Positions 1 to 5,148 of a DNA stretch of 5,181 nucleotides are shown piece by piece. Position numbers and translations under genes: made by a program. How positions within the stretch are numbered: the first letter of the stretch is position 1; each line of letters begins with the position of its first letter. The notes beneath the pieces were generated by a model, which saw only the letters and a program-made list of their open reading frames with translations, did not search any database and was not told the DNA's origin. The DNA is from a virus (taxonomy: Duplodnaviria > Heunggongvirae > Uroviricota > Caudoviricetes), in IMG/VR virus record IMGVR_UViG_648276660_000016; one strand, 5' to 3'.

Positions 1-1251
1 GTGCTTACCGATACAAAATTAAAAAACCTCAAGCCGCAGGACAAACTGTACAAGGTCTCCGATCGTGACGGGCTGTATGTAGCTGTGCTTACGTCAGGCA
101 CGGTCTCATTTCGTTATGACTACCGTATCAACGGTCGCCGCGAAACACTGGTAATCGGGCAGTATGGGCGTGACGGTATCAGCCTGGCAGAAGCGCGGGA
201 AGAACTGATTGCTGCAAAGAAGCTGCTTAAAGCAGGCCAGTCACCGGCTGCGGCTAAACGTGACGGTATCAAAAAGATTCGTGGTGCCGAAACGTTTGCG
301 GTACATACCGACAGTTATATGAAACACGTCATCCTGGCTGAAAGTACCCGCGCAATGAAGCAGGCAGTGATCGACCGTGACATACTTCCGGTTCTTGGCA
401 ACAAAATGATGGCTGAAATTACCACATCGATGGTTCGTGATTTGTGTGACCGGATTGTCGAACGCGGTGGCCGGGCAACAGCAGTGCAGGCCAGGGAGAT
501 CATCAGCAGCGTATACCGTCACGCCAATGACCGTGGTCATGGTTTGTTTAATCCTGCGGCTGACATTAAGCCTTCGTCTATCGCCATATTTAAACCACGA
601 GAGCGAACACTGACACCAGAAGAAATTGGCCTGTTCTTCCGCACGTTGGATGCCATTGGTGCTATGGGCACTATGAAAATGGCTTTAAAACTGGTGCTTA
701 TCACTATGGTTCGTAAGGGCGAATTCACCAATGCAACGTGGGATGAAATAGATTTTAAAAAATGGACATGGACAATTCCTTCAGACCGCATGAAGGGAAG
801 CCGGGCGCATGTTATTTACCTGCCTAAACAGGCTCAGGATATATTGGTCGGGTTGCAGATGTGCGCTGGTGGAAGTGAATATCTGGTTCCTGGTCGTTAC
901 AATTTCCGGAAGCCATTATCTAATGCCGCGCTGAACTCTCTGATCGACAGAACGGTGAAAATAATAAATGAAGATGGTGAGCATATTCAGGATTTCACCG
1001 TACACGATATGCGCCGTACAGCCAGTACGTTGTTGCATGAGGCTGGTTATCCTTCAGACTGGATTGAAAAGGCTCTGGCACATGAGCAGAAAGGTGTGCG
1101 CGCCGTATATAACAAAGCGGAATACGCCAGACAGCGCGCCTACATGTTGCAGCAGTGGGCCGATATGATTGATTCCTGGATTAACGGGGAGCATACGGAT
1201 CTGATTCCGTTCTCCCCGTCGAAGTTTGAGAAGTGGATGGCGGGGGAATAA
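1..1251 (+). CDS. int: Phage integrase, tyrosine recombinase of the P4/CP4-57 (IntA-like) type; N-terminus at window edge, possibly 5'-partial
   Basis: 416-codon ORF in frame 1 ending at TAA 1249-1251. N-terminal LTDTKLKNLKP...YRINGRRETLVIGQYG resembles the P4-type integrase arm-binding N-domain. C-terminal catalytic region carries HDMRRT (H-x-x-R box) and a distal YNKAEYARQR tyrosine region. The ORF begins with GTG at base 1, so the true start may lie just upstream of the window. Confidence 0.9.
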   Translation: MLTDTKLKNLKPQDKLYKVSDRDGLYVAVLTSGTVSFRYDYRINGRRETLVIGQYGRDGISLAEAREELIAAKKLLKAGQSPAAAKRDGIKKIRGAETFAVHTDSYMKHVILAESTRAMKQAVIDRDILPVLGNKMMAEITTSMVRDLCDRIVERGGRATAVQAREIISSVYRHANDRGHGLFNPAADIKPSSIAIFKPRERTLTPEEIGLFFRTLDAIGAMGTMKMALKLVLITMVRKGEFTNATWDEIDFKKWTWTIPSDRMKGSRAHVIYLPKQAQDILVGLQMCAGGSEYLVPGRYNFRKPLSNAALNSLIDRTVKIINEDGEHIQDFTVHDMRRTASTLLHEAGYPSDWIEKALAHEQKGVRAVYNKAEYARQRAYMLQQWADMIDSWINGEHTDLIPFSPSKFEKWMAGE

Positions 1252-1254
1252 CGT

Positions 1255-1449
1255 TTAATTATTCTGCTGATTTTCTTCCATCTCGGCTTCTGCTGCCAGT
1301 GATTCAATTTTATCTGTGAATATTGCTGACAGTGTTGCAAATTCAGCATCAGTGACAGCGGGAATTGGAACAAACCTGATCCCGCTGTGTGCAAGCATGT
1401 TTGCAGTTTCAAGGCATTTCCTTAAATCTGATGGTGATGCCCTGTTCAT
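1255..1449 (-). CDS. Small hypothetical protein (64 aa) with acidic C-terminus (…AEAEMEENQQNN)
   Basis: ATG at 1449-1447 overlaps the methyltransferase stop (ATGA overlap, 1446-1449). SD-like GGGAG sits 8 nt upstream on the - strand. Stop is at 1257-1255, 3 bp from the integrase stop. No recognisable domain; could still be a spurious frame. Confidence 0.4.
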   Translation of the reverse strand: MNRASPSDLRKCLETANMLAHSGIRFVPIPAVTDAEFATLSAIFTDKIESLAAEAEMEENQQNN

Positions 1450-2096
1450 GCTGCACGCTCCCGCCCCTGGTTGTCTGTTGGTGACAGCGGAGCATTGCTG
1501 AATGCATTTGTTAATCTGGCAATATCCAACGCGTATCCAGGGTGTAGTTGCACTGCCGGGTCTTCGCACTGATTACCCCAAACATCGAAACCATGAGACG
1601 ACTGGCGGGCGAACAGTTCAATGCGAGAAACATCGCCTAACAATTGCACAAGTTTTTCACGAACGATATCTGGTTTTCTTGAATGCTCAAGCCGCGGTGC
1701 GGTAAATGACTGAACGATCCCTGCATTAATGCGCGTAGGTAGTTTTCCCTTTACTGCAAACAGGCAATCTTCACTATTGGCGCGAGTCATGTGACCCATA
1801 CCCATAACCAGTTTATCTGGTTGTCGACTACCACATTTTATCCACGTGAATCCCTTCATGGTCATCAGACGGAATCCCCAGGCCTCAACAACTTTTAGTG
1901 CTTCGAGTGGTTGTGTTGGCACCCACCACATGGCCAACAGACAGTTTTCATCGGCCAAATCCCACACAGGAAGGCGGCAGATATCCAGCACACTCATAAC
2001 CGGATATTTAAAACCGGCACCGCGATTACCATCTGCGGCTTTGTCCCGGTATACCCAGGGTGGATCTGCATAGATTAGTGTGTATTTCTTAGTCAT
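1446..2096 (-). CDS. MT-A70-family DNA N6-adenine methyltransferase (phage orphan MTase)
   Basis: N-terminal MTKKYTLIYADPPW carries the DPPW catalytic motif (codons at 2066-2055). Later FARQSSHGFDVWGNQ matches the usual C-terminal end of phage MT-A70 enzymes, followed by a ~39-aa extension. ATG 2096-2094 is embedded in the stop region of the upstream ORF (8-nt overlap). An alternative GTG start at 2108 is possible. Confidence 0.85.
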   Translation of the reverse strand: MTKKYTLIYADPPWVYRDKAADGNRGAGFKYPVMSVLDICRLPVWDLADENCLLAMWWVPTQPLEALKVVEAWGFRLMTMKGFTWIKCGSRQPDKLVMGMGHMTRANSEDCLFAVKGKLPTRINAGIVQSFTAPRLEHSRKPDIVREKLVQLLGDVSRIELFARQSSHGFDVWGNQCEDPAVQLHPGYALDIARLTNAFSNAPLSPTDNQGRERAA

Positions 2097-2388
2097 AAAC
2101 CACCCCACAACATCCTATGCCGCTATAGTCGCCACGGCGAAGGCCGTTACCTTTTGTGATACATTGGTCCCTGCGAACCGCGATCCTTGCACGCTCAACA
2201 TCACCAGAAGCAACATCCATACACTGAAGCCAAAGGTGAGCGGCAATGCGGAACTGCCCTTTTTTCTCTCTTTCAATCGCGCGTTTTTCGATCTCTATCG
2301 CCGCAGGAGTAACGGCGACAATCTTTGACGGACTGCGCATTGAAACCTTGTTCATGTGATATTTTTCAAGTCGGCTTAACTTTCTCAC
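2089..2388 (-). CDS. Hypothetical protein (99 aa), charged N-terminal half, Cys-containing C-terminus
   Basis: ORF on the operon strand whose stop TAA (2091-2089) overlaps the methyltransferase start. GTG start at 2388 is preceded by GAGAGGG about 9 nt upstream; an alternative ATG at 2355 lacks an SD. No domain recognised by eye. Confidence 0.5.
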   Translation of the reverse strand: MRKLSRLEKYHMNKVSMRSPSKIVAVTPAAIEIEKRAIEREKKGQFRIAAHLWLQCMDVASGDVERARIAVRRDQCITKGNGLRRGDYSGIGCCGVVYD

Positions 2389-2497
2389 TTAATCCAACCC
2401 TCTCTGAAAATTAATGCCAGCAGATAAAGCCATGCTGAAACAGAGGCCAGGAATAAGTACCATCCTGACCATTTGCTCCAGTGCCTTAGCAGCACAC

Positions 2498-2746
2498 TCA
2501 TGCCGCGTTGCTCACGGGACGATATACACGTTGCTGAACAGGAGGTTTTTTACCCTGGAACTCTGCCGGGCTTGCTGCCTGACGTTCATCAAGCCAACGC
2601 TCAACTTCATCACGGTTCCATGCGCAGCGTTTATCGGTGATATACCAGCGTTTAGGAAATTCCCCTGCGCGCTCCATACGGTCGATAGTGCTCCATGACA
2701 GTGGAACCACCGCCAGGAGTTCCTTCTTACCTAATGCACCTTTCAT
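2498..2746 (-). CDS. AlpA/excisionase-family helix-turn-helix DNA-binding protein (candidate recombination directionality factor or transcriptional regulator)
   Basis: 82-aa ORF with ATG at 2746-2744 and SD GAGAGG 5 nt upstream. LLAVVPLSWSTIDRMERAGEFPKRWYITDKRCAWNRDEVERWLDER fits the AlpA/Xis winged-HTH pattern (S-x-S-T-I-x-R ... FP ... W ... E-W). Followed by a 26-aa low-complexity tail. Confidence 0.75.
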   Translation of the reverse strand: MKGALGKKELLAVVPLSWSTIDRMERAGEFPKRWYITDKRCAWNRDEVERWLDERQAASPAEFQGKKPPVQQRVYRPVSNAA

Positions 2747-2768
2747 AAATACCTCTCTTGGTTGCAGT

Positions 2769-2787
2769 GCGGCGCGCGTGGCGCCGC
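2769..2787. repeat. GC-only inverted repeat GCGGCGC-gcgtg-GCGCCGC (7-bp stem, 5-nt loop) in the annealase/AlpA intergenic spacer
   Basis: Perfect complementarity read directly from the sequence. It lies 8 nt past the annealase stop and about 10 nt before the AlpA-like SD on the - strand transcript. No U-tract follows in either orientation. Confidence 0.5.
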
Positions 2788-2795
2788 GGTGGTGG

Positions 2796-3737
2796 TTACA
2801 TAGATGTTTCGTTTAATTCTTCCCGACGAACGCTGTAAACGTCGGTGGCTTTTGCCAGCAGTTCGTCATCATCTGAAAGTTTTTGTGCAATGTATTTGTA
2901 AGCCTTATCCAGTTCGGAGACAGTGCTGTAATTCATCGCTGCGCTGGTAAAGGCCATCAGCATTTCTTCTGGATCACGGCTGTCCGATTTACGCGTTTGC
3001 TCATCAGGCTTTTTCGCTGGTTTAGCGTTGATCAGACTGTTCATTCCCGCAGCAGTGGTCGTTTGCGGAGTAATGTCTCGCTCAACGCGCGGTGCCGTTT
3101 CCTGTAATTCGTCTGGGGTGTAGACGCCCATGATTACGTCAGGACAGTGCAGGCGAGACCAGCGTTTTGTCGCAAGGTATGCGAGTTGTTGTTTCGGATC
3201 ACTGGCCCAAAGTGTGGAGTTTCTTACCTGTGCTTGAGACAGCATTAACTCAAGCACTCGAGGTTGATCCTCGCCCTTCATGGTTGCCCATACGCGAACA
3301 CCGCAGCCTTCTTCGTCTTTTAGAGTCCAGCCTGGTGCGATATATGGATTGCCGTTTTTGGATGTTTTCTCAACAAACTTACCGATCACGCGTTCCCACG
3401 GCCCGAACCACTCGTAGTTGATGCGATCTTTTGTTGGCGACATCGTTGAGATAACTGCGTTTACTAATTGGGCTTCATAACCTAGCGTGCCGTTCACAAC
3501 ATGGGTTTTCTGAGCCACGGCAAACGGGTTCATTCCCCACTGCGCAGCCTGCATTGCCACGGCCATGCAATCAGCTGGTTTCCCGGCGAGGTGCGCCGGT
3601 ACCGTTACGCGGCTTTGCGCCATTACCTCGGCGAATTTCATCAGTTGGTTCAAGCCGTCTGGGCTGAAAATAGTTGCAGCAGTTCCAGCGATTGCTGTGT
3701 CTACTGGTGCGTTGATGTTTGCGATGTCGTTGCTCAT
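2796..3737 (-). CDS. Red-beta/RecT-family single-strand annealing protein (phage recombinase)
   Basis: Motifs align by eye with lambda Bet: QWGMNPF (Bet QYGLNPW); W-x-S-x-PK...RL...G-V-Y-x-x-D-E (Bet GPWQSHPK...ARLAFGFAGIYDKDE); and ERDITP (identical in Bet). ATG at 3737-3735 overlaps the exonuclease stop (ATGA) and has AGGA about 9 nt upstream. The ORF-track GTG start at 3764 lacks an SD. Confidence 0.85.
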   Translation of the reverse strand: MSNDIANINAPVDTAIAGTAATIFSPDGLNQLMKFAEVMAQSRVTVPAHLAGKPADCMAVAMQAAQWGMNPFAVAQKTHVVNGTLGYEAQLVNAVISTMSPTKDRINYEWFGPWERVIGKFVEKTSKNGNPYIAPGWTLKDEEGCGVRVWATMKGEDQPRVLELMLSQAQVRNSTLWASDPKQQLAYLATKRWSRLHCPDVIMGVYTPDELQETAPRVERDITPQTTTAAGMNSLINAKPAKKPDEQTRKSDSRDPEEMLMAFTSAAMNYSTVSELDKAYKYIAQKLSDDDELLAKATDVYSVRREELNETSM

Positions 3738-4555
3738 ATGTACATATCCTGTTTGCGTGCCCACTCAGGGCGTTTAATGATTTCCACACCGCCCCATTCA
3801 TCATTGATGCGGCATTCGTGATAGGTATTCAGATCCCGGCGGAACAGAGCGTGCCCGGCATCGACATCCTGCGCATCCAGCTCGAACACGCGTACCGGAT
3901 ACCGACCACAATCAATGCTTTCGCTCACGGCAAGAAAGAAAAAACCATGCGGCTGACCAGTAACCCTCATTGCGCCTTCGCGGTACATTGCGTCCTGCAC
4001 GTGGTAGCGGAATTCCTCGATGTGGCGTGCAAAACGGTCCATATCTGCAACCTTTTTCACGTCGACGATCACGTTGTGCTCGTTCAGCCATTTGTCTGGA
4101 CGAATTCGGCACAACTCCCCCGTCTCTTCATCGTTCCAGTACATTGATGCTTCGCAGTAACCAGGTGCTTCCAGCATCCAGCGTGCCGCCGGGTGAGCCA
4201 TTGCGCTATCACGCATCAGCTCCAGTTTCCGCCACTGCTCGGCATCAAGTACCGTAATCCCCATATCCGCCACATCACGAAGAAATTCCTCTTCGTCAGC
4301 TTTACCTTGTTTCGTCCGACGATCGAATTTCGGTGAAACAATGAAGCGTTTGTCGAACTCTCCAGGCTCCAGAAGCAGACAGTGCAATGCGGTTCCCATA
4401 TCCAGTGCAGACTTTTTCTCTTCGTCTTCTGGTGCTGCCTGAACCCATTTAAGAAGCGCCGGATTCTTGGCAACCATGTCCAGTTGCGACTTACTCACGC
4501 CGTCACCGGCGTGGTAGTCTTCGTTGCTGATGTCGAAATAAATTCCCGGTTTCAT
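3734..4555 (-). CDS. Putative PD-(D/E)XK exonuclease, RecE/YqaJ-like short form, partner of the annealase
   Basis: 273-aa ORF immediately upstream of and translationally coupled to the annealase. Contains RIRPD...NVIVDVKKV, consistent with a PD-(D/E)xK nuclease core. SD AGAGGGA lies about 7 nt upstream of ATG 4555-4553. Exact family (RecE C-terminal domain type versus YqaJ type) was not resolved without a profile search. Confidence 0.75.
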   Translation of the reverse strand: MKPGIYFDISNEDYHAGDGVSKSQLDMVAKNPALLKWVQAAPEDEEKKSALDMGTALHCLLLEPGEFDKRFIVSPKFDRRTKQGKADEEEFLRDVADMGITVLDAEQWRKLELMRDSAMAHPAARWMLEAPGYCEASMYWNDEETGELCRIRPDKWLNEHNVIVDVKKVADMDRFARHIEEFRYHVQDAMYREGAMRVTGQPHGFFFLAVSESIDCGRYPVRVFELDAQDVDAGHALFRRDLNTYHECRINDEWGGVEIIKRPEWARKQDMYI

Positions 4556-4851
4556 GCCGCGTCCCTCTGCCCATCAAGCTGATCAGCCAGATCCCAGCGG
4601 GCGATAATTGCCATTGCCTCGCGCCGGTAGGCATCCATTAGTTCTTCGAACTCAGGGCTGTCTTTAGCGGCCTCCAGTACTTCCTGGCGAACGCCTTTAA
4701 CTGTTACAACGTCGAAAGTTGATGCCAGTTGATGAAGCCGGATACTCTCAATCAGTTCAACTTGTCGGTCATATAGCTGTTCTGACAGACGGTAGTCCTT
4801 GTCGAATGCCAGCATGATTTTTTGAAGATTTTTCTGCTGATTAACGTTCAT
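4552..4851 (-). CDS. Hypothetical protein (99 aa), predicted helical; unknown accessory of the recombination module
   Basis: ATG at 4851-4849 is preceded by a strong SD GGGAGGG about 7 nt upstream. Its stop overlaps the exonuclease start (ATGA at 4552-4555). The ORF-track start at 4866 is an ATG lying inside the SD and is less likely. Confidence 0.65.
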   Translation of the reverse strand: MNVNQQKNLQKIMLAFDKDYRLSEQLYDRQVELIESIRLHQLASTFDVVTVKGVRQEVLEAAKDSPEFEELMDAYRREAMAIIARWDLADQLDGQRDAA

Positions 4852-4853
4852 TA

Positions 4854-5006
4854 TCAGCCCTCCCATATCTCGTTATCGTTGGCCACATCGCGAGCTTCTT
4901 TGCTGACGAAAGCCCACTTAATGCCTTCCTGTAAGGTGCGGAACTTCCAGCTCATGAATCCGCATGCAGTAACGCAGTACCAACCGTTGATGATTTTCCA
5001 CTGCAT
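4854..5006 (-). CDS. Small Trp-rich hypothetical protein (50 aa, MQWKIINGWYCVTACGFMSWKFRTLQEGIKWAFVSKEARDVANDNEIWEG); absent from the ORF track
   Basis: Translated by hand from the - strand. ATG at 5006-5004 with SD GAGGT (5019-5015) 8 nt upstream. Stop TGA at 4856-4854 lies 2 nt before the next gene's ATG, and that gene's SD is embedded in this ORF's last codons. It is the first ORF downstream of the predicted promoter. Confidence 0.45.
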   Translation of the reverse strand: MQWKIINGWYCVTACGFMSWKFRTLQEGIKWAFVSKEARDVANDNEIWEG

Positions 5007-5025
5007 AACTTGTTACCTCGGTCTG

Positions 5026-5040
5026 TTACCGTTGAGGTAA
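5026..5040. promoter_or_regulatory. Operator-like inverted repeat, site A: TTACC-gttga-GGTAA
   Basis: Perfect 5-bp arms with a 5-bp spacer. Abuts the -10 hexamer and covers the predicted TSS. Same half-site as site B. An extra TTACC half-site lies at 5013-5017 inside the direct repeat TGTTACC (5011-5017 and 5024-5030). Confidence 0.45.
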
Positions 5041-5068
5041 TAATTATGCGTATATGGTTTGATGTCAA
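5040..5068 (-). promoter_or_regulatory. Putative sigma70 promoter for the leftward operon: -35 TTGACA (5068-5063), 17-bp spacer, -10 AATTAT (5045-5040)
   Basis: Perfect -35 consensus read on the - strand. The -10 matches 4 of 6 positions, including the conserved A at position 2 and T at position 6. Predicted TSS is near 5033, giving a 5' UTR of about 27 nt to the first ATG. Not verified experimentally. Confidence 0.45.
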
Positions 5069-5086
5069 TAGATATGAGTTAAAAAA

Positions 5087-5103
5087 ATTACCCGTTAGGT
5101 AAT
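5087..5103. promoter_or_regulatory. Operator-like inverted repeat, site B: ATTACC-cgtta-GGTAAT
   Basis: Perfect 6-bp arms with a 5-bp spacer, 17 bp overall. Lies about 20 bp upstream of the -35 hexamer. Centre-to-centre distance to site A is 62 bp. Confidence 0.45.
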
Positions 5104-5148
5104 CGAATAGGCAATAAAAAAGCCCCCCCAAAGCGGCGGTTCTTCTTT

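Noticed and set aside
241-791. Three - strand ORFs (241-540, 315-503, 537-791) inside the integrase gene
   Set aside because: They are fully embedded antisense to a well-supported integrase ORF, have no SD signals that I could see, and show low-complexity composition. Treated as shadow ORFs.
968-1501. ORFs 968-1168 (+), 1140-1412 (-) and 1316-1501 (+)
   Set aside because: They overlap the integrase or the methyltransferase/64-aa frames. 1316-1501 starts at GTG with no SD. Cys/Pro/Ser-rich translations are typical of out-of-frame reads.
1255-1569. Long 104-aa version of the small ORF starting at 1569
   Set aside because: Its first 40 codons overlap the methyltransferase in another frame. The internal ATG at 1449 has an SD and an ATGA overlap with the methyltransferase stop, so the 64-aa form is preferred, and even that is low confidence.
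2080-2698. + strand ORFs 2080-2328 and 2414-2698, and the AGGAGG-TTTTTT string at 2540-2555
   Set aside because: Both ORFs are antisense to better-supported - strand genes and lack start-site signals. The AGGAGG-T6 string lies inside the AlpA-like coding sequence with no stem before the T-run, so it is neither a terminator nor a credible RBS for a + strand gene.
3736-3747. Perfect 12-bp palindrome ATATGTACATAT overlapping the annealase start codon
   Set aside because: A perfect 12-bp palindrome is expected about once by chance in 5 kb, and it is AT-only with a weak stem and minimal loop. Probably coincidental, though it could modestly affect annealase translation initiation.
2883-4582. Multiple + and - strand ORFs nested in the annealase and exonuclease genes (for example 3719-4147, 3912-4112, 3970-4257, 4216-4473, 4382-4582)
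   Set aside because: All overlap the two recombination genes in alternative frames or antisense. Their translations are Arg/Cys/His-rich with no motifs. Treated as shadows of high-GC coding sequence.
4822-5040. + strand 72-aa ORF overlapping the operon leader
   Set aside because: It has a TTG start, no SD, and would be the only + strand gene inside a tightly packed - strand operon. The - strand 50-aa ORF with SD and junction coupling explains the region better.
5041-5110. Possible divergent rightward promoter (TTGATG at 5059-5064) sharing the operator region
   Set aside because: No acceptable -10 at proper spacing on the + strand and no downstream + strand ORF within the window. Cannot be evaluated without sequence to the right.
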